A stretch of DNA of 63,117 nt, the filler included, from Sphacelaria rigidula (lineage: Eukaryota), in assembly GCA_964200075.2 (NCBI GenBank). It is 9 parts of 9 records of this genome, joined end to end, with 100 filler letters (N's around TTAATTAATTAA, not from the genome) between each part and the next. Parts side by side here need not be neighbours in the genome. Positions count along the whole stretch, not along the records: positions 7,026 to 13,950 come from CAXNAA020017374.1; positions 14,051 to 20,975 come from CAXNAA020017375.1; positions 21,076 to 27,999 come from CAXNAA020017376.1; 6 more parts are not named here. One strand, given 5' to 3'. This document shows positions 12,461 through 23,520 of the stretch, one piece after another. Below the pieces are notes generated by a model that worked only from the letters and a program-made list of their open reading frames with translations, made no database searches and was not told the DNA's origin. How positions within the stretch are numbered: the first letter of the stretch is position 1; every line of letters begins with the position of its first letter. The position numbers and the translations under genes are program-made.

Positions 12461-12472
12461 AGACTCATAACC
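12461..12472 (-). promoter_or_regulatory. Primer-binding site GGTTATGAG(TCT), complementary to the tRNA-iMet anticodon arm
   Basis: Directly follows the 5' LTR end (...TTCCA) on the minus strand; complement of CTCATAACC. Confidence 0.75.
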
Positions 12473-12935
12473 TGGAAGAACGAGGTAGTTCTTGACGTGG
12501 CGTGATATCTCAAGGAGATGCACAGAGCCAGCACGAAGTGGCGGTAGAGCACACTTGCTTGTCGAAAAGACTGATGTTGGAAATTGGCGCTCATGTGCCC
12601 GAGAATCTCAGTGAAGAGAGTGAAGAAGAAAAAGAAAGCGAGAGGGTGTGGGGACAACCCACTCAAGTACCCTCGGATCAATGCGCTACGCCTAAGTTCT
12701 TACTTATGAGAATACTCTCACTTATGAGAACCTTACGACTTTACATCAACCCGACAGAACTCAAGAACAAAGTAGTGATAATCCTAGAACTTTACATTAA
12801 CCCGACAGAGACGGAAGCTCCGCTAACAATGTTAGAACAGTTGCTTTTCTTGAGGACACGGAAGTTGTACTGCTACTTACCCTATATGAGCGACTATCGA
12901 AATAAGAGACCAATAACATTTTTTTTGTTTGAACA
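12473..12935 (-). repeat. 5' LTR of the copia element (463 bp)
   Basis: Direct repeat of 8484-8999 with TG/CA termini. Confidence 0.9.
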
Positions 12936-14059
12936 CCCTCATCCCTACAGGGATAGCAAGCTTTGGGAGTATGACAAAACATTTCCTCTTCTTGATATTT
13001 AGAAATACCCTGTATTTTCCAGTCACACGTTCAGGTTCACGTTCACGTTACGTGTGTCACCTTGAATAACTTTTGACGTAACGACAACGTCTCATTTGGA
13101 AATTCAACCTTACGTTCATCACGTAAAAAAGTATAACGTCACGTTGACACGTAAAAACGTGAAAAAGTTCGTACGTACCGTTTCATTCTGTGCAGGAAAA
13201 CGCTATCAAAAAATGCATTTTCTGATGAATGACCAAAAACCCGCTTCTCGAATGATCAGAAAACGCGTTTTTTCATAGATTATTTTCTGGTGACGTTTTC
13301 CGATAGCCTAAAGCTATCGAAAAATCAGTGAGCTATCGTAAATCTTTCAGGAAACGCGTTTGAAACCCCGTCGCACGCCATCACACCATCTAGCCCACGA
13401 CAGCAGCCATGGTGGCTTGGCTGCCATCAGCACTGCTGTCGCTGGTGCTCGCGGGCATTCAACGTGTTGCGCCATCATCCTTCGCTCGCCGCTATCATGG
13501 TCATTTACCCTATGAGAACAGCACAGAGCAGGGTCAATGACGAGTGCTGTACAAACATTCTTTATGTAGTTTGCACAGACAGTATTGTAGCTAGCAGTTC
13601 AGGTCTGTGCATGCAGCGTATTTTGAACAGCACTCGTGATGCATTACAGACGGCCCACGAACCCAAGACTTGTAGAAACAGGATCACACTGACTGTACAC
13701 ACAAATTCAGTAGAAGCAGTGCTACTGCTGTAGTGTATACGGGGCTTGGGTGCTTGGGCAGTCTGTACTGTATTCGAGTGCTGTTTGCAGCACGCTGCAT
13801 GCACAGACCTCAACTGAGCCACAATACAGTGGAAACTACATACAAAGTGTCTGTACAAGGCTGTAGACTCTAGCCACATTGTGTAGGTGGAGTTGGGGGT
13901 CCGATTGCCGGACTTTGTGGTAGGTAACGAGTCATCCTACGATAGGGGGGNNNNNNNNNNNNNNNNNNNNNNNNNNNNNNNNNNNNNNNNNNNNTTAATT
14001 AATTAANNNNNNNNNNNNNNNNNNNNNNNNNNNNNNNNNNNNNNNNNNNNAATGTGAAG

Positions 14060-14099
<40 letters not shown>
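14060..14099. repeat. (CAA)n microsatellite
   Basis: About 13 perfect CAA units. Confidence 0.95.
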
Positions 14100-14376
14100 G
14101 ACACGCACTCACGAAAATCAATAACTCGGGAATTCATTTTCGTGAGAGCCGGTGAACATTCGCGTGAGAATGCGAAGAGGAACGTCATATGGTTGGTTGC
14201 AAGGCATGGGCTGTTCGCTCCTTCATGCAGCTCACAGTTGGCTTTCCCATCACCAGCAGTAACCACGCGTGGGAGACACACCCGACGGCCACAGCTCCCA
14301 CAGAGAGATGCGCACAGCTATATCTCCCAGCGATATGCCGAGTAAGCAAGCATGGACTCATCAGCGGGTTGCACGG

Positions 14377-14655
14377 ACCAGCGATTCCCAGCACGGTGAC
14401 AATCACGCGCAAGATGCATGGGCATCGTCGCACGGTCGAAACGCGGACCGTCTCTCACACGAGGAAGAGCAGCAGCAGCAGCAGCAGCAGCAGTATCGGC
14501 ACCGGCTGATTCAGCCCCATCCCCAAGCGGGCGCATCTGCTGGTGGTGAAGATGCTGCTGCTGCTGCTGCTGCTACTGCTTCTTCTTCTCGTGCGGGAGG
14601 CGGTCAGCGTTCCGACCTGCGATGCGTTATTGCCGCCTTACATGGAATCGCTGGT
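14377..14655. repeat. Long imperfect inverted repeat with (CAG)n in the left arm and (CTG)n in the right arm
   Basis: Pairing blocks ACCAGCGATTCC/GGAATCGCTGGT, AACGCGGACCG/CGGTCAGCGTT, CACGAG/CTCGTG and (CAG)n/(CTG)n. Confidence 0.75.
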
Positions 14656-16635
14656 ATGTTCGCGTGTCGTTACGCGTACCGTCACTGCATTCTTAGCACG
14701 TATCACGTGTTTCCCCCTAGATTGGAACGGCGCGTGATTCCTCGTGATGATGAAGCTGTGAACCGTCATTTCACCGTCACGGATCACCATCACGAAATGA
14801 CTCTCACCTTCCTTGATTCGTTAAAACACCACCTTACGTAAGAGGATCAACACTGACTGTCTTCGGACGTGGCGACACCAGAAAATGAAGCTTCGAGGGT
14901 ATCCTGGGGTACGTCAATTTTATTTTTCGAAGGAACGTACCCCGACACGTTGAAAAACTCGAGAAAAAGAGGGTTCGGGGGGGGGGGGGGGGGGGGCGCC
15001 GGGCGGCATGTCTGTGCTAATTACTTGAATTAAGCGTGGTAGTAGACTATTAATTGACTTTAGTGTAGTAGGCTATTTGATTTTAGCGTACATTTTGATC
15101 AACATTTGTTCAGGTCGACGGTAGACACTCGAGAGAGAAAAAAACGTGGTGGCGGAATACCACTGTACACCCGTTTCGTACGTACGTGTGTTGGACGGAC
15201 ACGGTGAAGGTCATGTTCGAACCTCAGCGTCAAATCCGGATATTTCGAGCTCTTCATCATCGTATGGACATTGGAGGAAGGTCAAGCAGCAACGGCTCAG
15301 CTGCGTATTTACGAATGGACAGTGCACAACAGTGTTTGGATATTGCTCGCGGAGAAGTATTTCTGCTTGCCAATGAGCGTCCTCCTACGGCTAACACAAT
15401 TTTGCAGCAGTTTACATTAAGGCTCGCAAGCTCCACACCGTTGTCGACTGCGATTTGTATATTCGAAACTGACCGCGAGTCAGACAAGTTCCGGCCCGGC
15501 TGCAGTAACCGCAACCTTCACGGCAATCAGCGCAAGAAAACCATCACGCGAATGTCGCGAAACATGCTTGCTACTTGCGCCTTCAAACATGAATGACAGC
15601 GCAAGATGAGTTGCAACTAAACTGAGTGGCACAAATCCCCAGCGAAAAAAATAAATCGACTGCGCTCGTTCGTCGAAAGTGACCCGGGTAAGCGGGATAT
15701 TACCCCTTCCCGCCCCCCTCCGTTGTCCCCTTACACGTTTTTCATCGCGCATGTACACTCTACATGTCGCATTCCAGCGCACGAACGTGTTGTCACCTCG
15801 AGACCTCGCCTCGAAGCCAACGCGGCACATAGCGGCAACGACCGAATTCAATTGAAATACGTGTTTTTCTTGAAACAATCGGGCCCAAAACGGGGGTTCG
15901 TACGGGGTGGGGGTTGGTCATTTCCAATCCTGATGTACCCCTCGGGTATCTTGAAATTGCAAGATAACTGCCACGTTCAGAGACGAATAATCTTAGACAC
16001 ACTTTTATGGCAAACGAATATCGAGTTATTGGGACCCCGATTGTGAAAAAATCGGGGGGACTCAAATTTGTAAACTCAAAATCGGGGGGACCGTTTTATG
16101 GTACAGGCGGTACAGTATCACAGATTTGTGAAACGGTTCTGTACACCGATGGTCATTTTTTGCATAAGTGTGGTTCTGTGTACTCATGCATGAAGCCGAA
16201 CAGCAGGCAGGTGGTAAACAATCCTTCAAGCACAGTGTCGTACCTTGATACCCTGAGGCAATACAGTGCAGGACACTTCATCAGTACAGTACATGATAAT
16301 GCCTCGTGGTAGTACATGATGGCACAAACGGTATTGCGAGAACAGAGAACAAACAGTGCGCGAGCAGAGTTTGGTAGTGCAGTGCCGCACATCACCCGTC
16401 AAGCACAGCGACAAGAGCTAGGAGAGTACAGTAGCGTTCGTTCAGTGATACATATGGCAGCGCAGCGCAGTATAAAATATAACTATCGCCGGAGGGTATG
16501 GCGTCAGCACTTATTACCCGCTTGTCAAACCCCCGATTTGGTCCAAATCCGTGTCCATGAAGTGCGTTCCCCGATTTTTTGTCCCCCCGATTTTGAAAAA
16601 ATCAAGACTCGTGCCTGCCATAAAAGTAGATCTTA

Positions 16636-17350
16636 AACCACCTTGTATGGCAACCATTCCATATTTGAACAAATATAAGGATTTCAGCCCGTTTAAATCC
16701 GATTTTCTCCCGTGGATTGATTCTTCGGACCCCAGTCCGTTGAGCAATGTTTCTCGCCTATAATAGCTCTGAGGAAATCAGATCAATTCTCCGATTCTCT
16801 CGGTGCTGACTTTTGGTCCATCACTTTTTTGCTCAGGCCGTGTCTTACCAAATTGTTTTCGTGTCGAAAACGTGCGGTCGAATCGAACTCGCTGCTTTCT
16901 GATTCGTCTACACTATATATTTCTCATATGGTTGAGAACATGGATGCCGTGGACTTATCAGGTAGGAGCAAATTCGATTCCACCGTAGGTTTTCGAGTCG
17001 AAGACAATTTGATAAGACACGGCCTCAGAGCGGGAGACTCCCGCATCTGAGCAGAGAGGTGATGAACCAAAATTGTCAGCACCCAGAGAATCGGAATGTT
17101 GATCTGATTTCCTCCGAGCTATTATAGGCGAAAAACATTGCCCAACGGACTGGGGTCCGAAGAATCAATCCATGGGAGAAAATCGGATTTAACCCTTAGA
17201 CAGGGAGAGTAGTCATGTGTGGAATCGGCATCAATTTCACTTGGAAAAAGTGTGCATGATCCAGATGGACTACCCTTGCGGTCTAGGGGTTAAACGGGCT
17301 GGAATCCTCACATTCGTTCAAATACGGATTGGTTGCCATACAAAGTGGTC
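16636..17350. mobile_element. Foldback MITE with ~200-bp inverted arms and TTA target duplication (PIF/Harbinger-like)
   Basis: Left arm 16636-~16836 is the reverse complement of ~17048-17350 once the nested insert is removed; TTA at 16633-16635 and 17351-17353. Confidence 0.75.
17193..17289. mobile_element. 97-bp piggyBac-type MITE (family C)
   Basis: TTAA|CCCTTAGAC...GTCTAGGGG|TTAA. The empty TTAA site is preserved in the opposite arm of the host foldback (~16693-16696). Confidence 0.85.
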
Positions 17351-19425
17351 TTATTAGAAGCAGGCAGCTCACCCTTCGTGCGACTGGCCGAACACATCGC
17401 GGCGCTTCACGCTTGGTGATTGCGAACCCAGTCCGGTGAAAACCCGGCGTGCTCCTCCCTGGCTCCGTGGGATGCGAGGTTATTGGTCTCAAGACTACGG
17501 CATGTAGAATCAATCATGAATACGCCCCCCTCCCCCCCATGGCACATCCCCCACCCTGGTTGTTGAGCTTGGAGAGAATATCTAGACATTGAAAAACCGC
17601 CTCCACAAAAGCCTTCGCAAGCAGCCATATTAGATGCAGGAGTCACGTGCAGCGTCTAGACAACGGCTAGATGAACTGCTATTTTCCCACACCTGCCCTG
17701 TAGAGTGCTGCGCGATTTGCGGGGCGGAGCGCACGAACAGATACTGTACGGAGTGTTCAGTGACCACATCCGATCCATCTTTCTGACTCGCGGTCAACTC
17801 CAACCAATACAACAACAGTATTTTTTGTATCTCGAAGCGGCGTCCTCCTCGCTCTCTGCCTGCCCAGAAACGTACTTCCAACACTAGAACCAACTTCATT
17901 TCCAAGCATGTTACTGCATCTCGCAGTCAAGCCCTGCAGTGGAGAGCAACTATGTCGTGGGAACACAAATTTCGAGCTGAAGGTCGACGAGGGAAGAGGA
18001 CAATCGAACCCTTCTGGCAAGAAAAACGAAGGCACGCGCCTCAGCTGCGCCCACACATACCGAAAGGTGTAGACCGGCGCCCAGAATAGATGGGACGACA
18101 ACATACACACACGCGCGCGCGCCGCAGAAGGAAGGTGTTCCTGTATTGCTGAAAAAACAACATTTAATGAAGTTGTCATTTTTTGTTTTTCACTTCCTCG
18201 CCGATCTTCCTCCTGTGCCGCCCGTGCACAATTTGTACGAAACACGCAGACACATACCCAAGACACTCTGCATGCGAATATTGCAGACAGTACAGGTACA
18301 GACTGCCTGTACGACTGCACACAGGCGACCTTGTACACAATAAGCGACCATGTACGGCTTCACGAATTCTACAGTCTTTCGTCGTTCGAAAGCTTGGCAA
18401 TTCGCTTGGATCCAACTCCACCAAAAAGAGCGGTGTTCACTCAAATCAACTTCATCGCCACGCCCGAACCAAAGGTCTACGTTAATCAGGTTAATCGTAA
18501 CGAGGCCCCCTCGCTGTATTTTTGAAACCGTCAAAAACGCGGCGAGACTCTCCCCACGACACGCTTGCACTCTACTGTTGTGCGGCGGGAGTGCTCAACG
18601 AGACCACGACGTCTACAGACGGTGGGGCAGCGGGTACAGCGACACTGCCCCTCAACCAACATCACAATCGAACGACCACAGACGTTCCGCCTGGAAAGAA
18701 TGTATCAGCAACGGAAATAAGGTGTTTTCAAGGGAAGAAAATACTTTTTTCGGCAGCCACGCGGGGGCGGGCCGGAGTTACTTTTTCGGCACCCCCTGGC
18801 TGGATAAGCTGACCTCTGTCGAGACTATAAACTCGTCTCGAGAGAGGGCAGCGAAGGGGGTGAGAATAAAACCTGAAGAAGAAACATGCGGATGCGCCAC
18901 AGTCGTTGTGTGGATATCAAAAGCTTACCGTACATGACGAGATGACCGGCCGGTATTATAGCTATTATATGTACGGAAAACATAATATATGTCCTGTGTA
19001 ATTGTACGACCAAAAACGAGGAGAGATTCGAGCTGGGAGCCCAGTTTGATGAGAAAAGAAAAAACGTGCGATGTCGATCACAACCTTCCTTCCTGCTGTG
19101 GCACCGTTCTTACCACCTCCATCACAACGAACGGGCTTCCTTGCCCAAGCGGCCGTTCTCATAACCGCTAGCAATCAAACCGTTAAGACACTGCGTCACG
19201 ACCGCTGCTCGGCCTGTAGCTTACAGTGCACCCAGTACCGTAACGGTCCGCACACACAGGTAGTAGTAGTGCCCGTGTCACCAACAGGATCGAAAGGATG
19301 TATTACTCGAGTTCAGTACAGTGTACAACACATCGAAATTTCGGACTTGACCGGGTACAAGTTTTATCGTCGATCCTTCAAGAACACCCTGTCCGCGCCG
19401 TCAGTGCAACGCAGTCTATACTTGC

Positions 19426-19617
19426 CTTGAACCGATACGTCCTGCCCGCGGCACCTCCGCCGATGTAGTCACGCTGGCTTGGTACGAAGTCAGCATTGAA
19501 CTCATCGAAGAGTGGATGTTGCGATCGTAGTTCCAGGGCCGCGTACTCTTGTCTGTACTTCTCACGATCCAGGTCGGTGATCATCGTTCCAACCCCCAAC
19601 CAGTGCGTCTCTCGCGC
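19426..19617 (-). CDS. Candidate internal exon (64 codons) of an unidentified protein
   Basis: TTTTAG acceptor, open frame ARETHWLGVGTMITDLDREKYRQEYAALELRSQHPLFDEFNADFVPSQRDYIGGGAAGRTYRFK, and AAG|GCAAGT donor; phase 0-0. Confidence 0.45.
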
Positions 19618-20588
19618 CTAAAACGCCAAGAAATCCCCGAGTGCGTGAGCAAGACGAGTGCAACGCCAGGCCGCCCGATGAACAAAAAGCAACAACAGTC
19701 TGCGAAGATAGTATTTCGCTGCGATTGGTGGCCGGGTTGCGGTGTACTGCTGCTGCTGTGGAGTTATTTCGCGGAAACAAGCGGAAGTGTAGCTGCGCGC
19801 TCAATCGACAGCACCTGAGCAGCCCTGTGCTGTGCTGCGCGGCTGTAACGTGAGCCCGCGCGGGGATACACGTCGGTGCTTGGATGGGTCCTTGAGCAGC
19901 GAACGACACCACTACACAGTAGGCAAACCCAGTGGGACAGAGCGGCCTCGATTTGAAGCGAAGTTTGATGGCTTGGTGCACCGCTGGGTGCTGTGCGTAA
20001 AGTCTGCGAGAGGTGGAATAAGCCTGCCGCCCATTGACCTGAGAAGGACTGAACATGTTGGGAGCACGCGAACAAAGCACGCCGGCGCAGCAACAACCAC
20101 AAGAGCAAAAGATATGGGTCTTGTTTATTTCCGAGTGAAAAAACTGTGCAACTGCGATGCGGACCTGAGAATCGGATCGTGTAACTTCGGTCATTGTCCA
20201 CGGGTCGTGAGAACGGCCACGGGTACGACAGATCACAACTATTGACGAAAGTGACCGTGATCATGGATTCTCATGTAACTCCATACAGATCGAGTTGCAG
20301 CCGAGGTGCAGCAGGCCAATGAGGCAAGCGGCGAGTGGCATACTCGTGCTTCCATATATCCGATTGATTGATAACGCGTCGATATAAATATAAATGTGTG
20401 CGTGTTTCGGGCGTTGTTTGGCCAACCTCTCTCCGCGTGTCCGATACGTTAGGGAGCACCATTCTCAAGTCTGCGGTCTAGAGCGCAGTCTATAGTTGTA
20501 CACTGCTGCATCGATTATATGGTGCTGTAGCTACTGCGACCCAGCTGAAAACACTCATCGGCAAAAATTCACGCTTTTTCAGGAGTGC

Positions 20589-20975
20589 AGACCATCTTTT
20601 ATGGAAACGAATCTTGATTTGTACAAATATGAGGATTTCAATCCGTCTACAGGCGATTTTCTCCCGTTGATTGATTTTCGGACCCCAGTCCGTCGGAGTT
20701 CTTTTTGTTCGTTCAGCTGTGAGAAAACCCGATCAATTCTCCGATTCTGTCGACATTCACTTTCGGTGCATCACCTTTCTGCTCAAAATCGGGACACTCC
20801 AGCATCTCCCCCGATTTTCTCCCGATTTTCAAAATAAAATCGGGGGAGATGCGGGAGTGTCCCGATTGGAGTAGAAAGGTGATGTATCAAAAGTCAACGT
20901 CCAGAAGATCGGAGAGGTGATATGGTTTTCTCATAGCTAGCCGAAAAACGTTCGACGGAGACTGTAGTCCGAAAA
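20589..20975. mobile_element. Second, diverged foldback element related to 16636-17350, truncated by the contig end
   Basis: Shares GATTTTCTCCCG..GATTGATT.TTCGGACCCCAGTCCGT and GATCAATTCTCCGATTCT with the first copy; palindromic about ~20826. Confidence 0.75.
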
Positions 20976-21237
20976 NNNNNNNNNNNNNNNNNNNNNNNNN
21001 NNNNNNNNNNNNNNNNNNNTTAATTAATTAANNNNNNNNNNNNNNNNNNNNNNNNNNNNNNNNNNNNNNNNNNNNTTCTGACCCCGTCACTAAACGGCCG
21101 ATTATACGGCCAATACTTGGAGTTGGACCCTGAAATTTGGTATGGACAATGAGTAGGGTATAATAATGAAAAATACTGGCGTACACACAGGTTTGTCTTG
21201 TTTTTTTCATGAGTTAAGGGCAATACTCAGTCACGGT

Positions 21238-21640
21238 CAATAACACCCTCCTGATAAACGGGGTATCAAGTCCGTATCGCCCCCACGACACCAACGTGGG
21301 CGATTGTGATTTGAGCACGATTTGCTTATTTTGCCAAAAATATCGAAGGTAGCACTTTCGAGTGTTCATGAAAAATGTTATGCGAAAACCCCCCGAAAAT
21401 AGGCCATCCGCAGAAAATGCTAGACTAAGGTTTGTGCAGTATAGGAGGGAAACACGATCTCGATCGTTATTGTGGAGAATTTTGTATGTATCAATTCATC
21501 TAAATATTTTCCGTTTCGTCGCGAAAGAGCGGGAAAACTGTGTATTGGATCAAAAATGGTCAATATCACCCTCCTGATAAACGGGTATCAAGTCCGTATC
21601 GCCCCCCAAGACACCAACTTGAGCACTGCAGTTTGAGCGT
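21238..21640. repeat. Degenerate direct repeat with ~325-bp period
   Basis: CACCCTCCTGATAAACGGG(G)TATCAAGTCCGTATCGCCCCC occurs at ~21244 and ~21567. Confidence 0.7.
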
Positions 21641-21981
21641 GGCCTACGCTTTTCCCCTAAATCTACCGGCGCTAGCACCTTCAAGTTGTAGTGAAGAATA
21701 GTGCTCCAGAAAAACCCAACAAATAGAACAACCACGAAGTCTGAAAACTTCTGATGCTGACTACTATAACAAAACAAGAGACCATGATACAGTAGCCGTG
21801 ATGCTGGCTGTTGCGGAACACGCCACGGCCTCTTCCCAGGGTTCTCCGCGGCTGGGTTCAAAAGGGACGGCTGTTCTCTTAATAATTTGTCGGTGTGCAT
21901 CGTACATGGATAAAAAAACAAAAGCGTAGAACTTTGAGCCTCGTTATTTGAAATGGCGCGGAGCAATTTCTTAATTTGTTT

Positions 21982-22150
21982 TTCGAGCTGGCAATGGGAA
22001 GTCACGAACACATCAGGAAGTCGGCCACGAGGCAAGCAATGAGAGAGGAAAATATAATGCCACTGTACTGCATCATACCGTACCGTACTATACTCTGCGT
22101 AGGTCGTGCTGATCCCTATTGGGAGTGTGATCCAGGTGCCGCGGTCGGGG
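21982..22150 (+). repeat. Dispersed repeat family F
   Basis: Similar to ~28170-28330 (TTCGAGCTGGCA.TGGGAAGTCACG ... GTGTGATCCA.GT..C.CGGTCGGGG). Confidence 0.65.
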
Positions 22151-22419
22151 GGGGGGGGGGGGGGGGGTGGGCAGGGCGGCAGGGCCTTCCCTCTGTTGTT
22201 TTTTTATCTTCGGTGGGGGGAAATGAAATTTAAATTTTNNNNNNNNNNGCGTGTGAGGCGATCTGTGGGGGCTGGCTCCCCGGGGCGGGGGGGGGGGGGG
22301 GGGGGTGGGGGGAAGGTCACGCGGCACAGACCATCCTCACGTGCTTTTGTCATCATCCATGGGCGCAAATGAAATTCAAATGTTCATGGTTGATATTACT
22401 TGATTTGAGTCTGTACAAC

Positions 22420-22603
22420 GAGAATCGGAATTTTAGTGGGGCTGACAGTCCCGTGTGCTCCTCGCGTGCGCAGAACGCGTTTTCGTTCAAACCAGCGCCA
22501 CAGGCACCGATTTGGGGTCGACCAAGGCCGCACTTCGCGTAGAGCATGTATGTGCCGCTTGTGCCCAAGGGTTCTCGGTATGCGTTGGGTTGAGGTTAGG
22601 GCC
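22420..22603 (+). repeat. Dispersed repeat family D ending in telomere-like hexamers
   Basis: Core GCGCAGAACGCGTTTTCG...GGGTTCTCGGTATG followed by GGTTGAGGTTAGGG. Copies at 25577-25770 (+), 26175-26385 (-), 52592-52790 (-) and 53475-53650 (+). Confidence 0.8.
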
Positions 22604-22887
22604 TCTATATCAGAAATAACATATATAAGATCATTGTTTACTTTCGTCACATTAGCAGCATTTTTTTGTCTCAAGTTTTCTAATCTGTGACACCTAACAA
22701 AATTATTAGCTATTAAAGAAAACCTTCTAAATAATCCTAAATTTATACATGAAAATTTAGGATTATTTTTAGGGGTAGCGATACTTGTAAAACTGTGTCA
22801 ACCATGAACGTTTGTAGCCCAACGCCGGTAAAGTAGCCTTTGAAATCCGATGGTACGTGTACTTGAGTGCATAATTTTTTTCTGATG

Positions 22888-23080
22888 AGAACGACGAACT
22901 GCCCATGCGTGGCAACCATTTTATGTTCCCTTTCGCATTTCTCATCGGATTGTTCCACCGTTCTGGCAATAAAAGAAATGAAAAAATATATGAATTTTGA
23001 TGAGTACGAAGGAAAAATCCTATGAGAGTACCAAAGGAAACATAAAATGGGTGCCACACGTGGGCTGTTCGTCGTAGTCA
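22888..23080. mobile_element. Small inverted-repeat element (MITE-like); related copy at ~41150-41430
   Basis: ACGACGAACTGCCCATGCGTGGCA pairs with TGCCACACGTGGGCTGTTCGTCGT; similar arms flank an AT-rich spacer in contig 6. Confidence 0.55.
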
Positions 23081-23308
23081 TTCATTGTCACAATATAATT
23101 CTCGTTGTATTTTATTTTTGATTTTTTTTGTTTCGAGAAGACGGGGTCTCAACACTCACACATGTACTCGTGCCGTATGAGTAAAGTACAGAGCACAGTA
23201 CGTGACCCCGGCTGGTGCGCCGACATATACCGGAAGGTAGACCGGCGTCCAGAATAGATGGGACGACAACACATGCAGTACAGTAACAACAATATTTTCG
23301 TGAGATGG

Positions 23309-23520
23309 GGAGTAGAGCGCTGATTGAGAGTGGCTTCGGTCATGCGCTTTAGATCAGCCAATACTTCATTCAGTGTGTGCCTTTCTTTGCCTCCATCACT
23401 GGCGTGTGCTTACAGCTACACGTCGATATCCTACTCAGGGATATCAAGGGCCTCAGCCGCAAGCTACTATGGAAATAATACAGGGCCTCGTGGAGGGGCA
23501 TTTCGGAACCGAAACGTTTC
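23309..23520 (+). repeat. Dispersed repeat family E
   Basis: Homologous to 62330-62536 (GAGTAGAGCGCTGATTGAGAGTGGCTT ... TCGATATCCTACTCAGGG ... TTTCGGAAC.GAAACG). Confidence 0.8.

Larger units (their letters stand above)
8484..12935 (-). mobile_element. Ty1/copia LTR retrotransposon with both LTRs, internally deleted (non-autonomous)
   Basis: Two homologous TG...CA-bounded LTRs, near-perfect 5-bp TSD (GCCTC 8479-8483 / CCCTC 12936-12940), PBS, PPT, and gag-PR-RT-RNase H remnants with copia-type RT and RNase H motifs. Confidence 0.93.

Noticed and set aside
14269..14841. 190-aa polyQ/polyA ORF
   Set aside because: Openness is explained by the triplet repeats of the hairpin; no other coding evidence.
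22146..22312. Long poly-G runs as G-quadruplex elements
   Set aside because: They adjoin a 10-N gap, and homopolymer lengths are unreliable in such assemblies.
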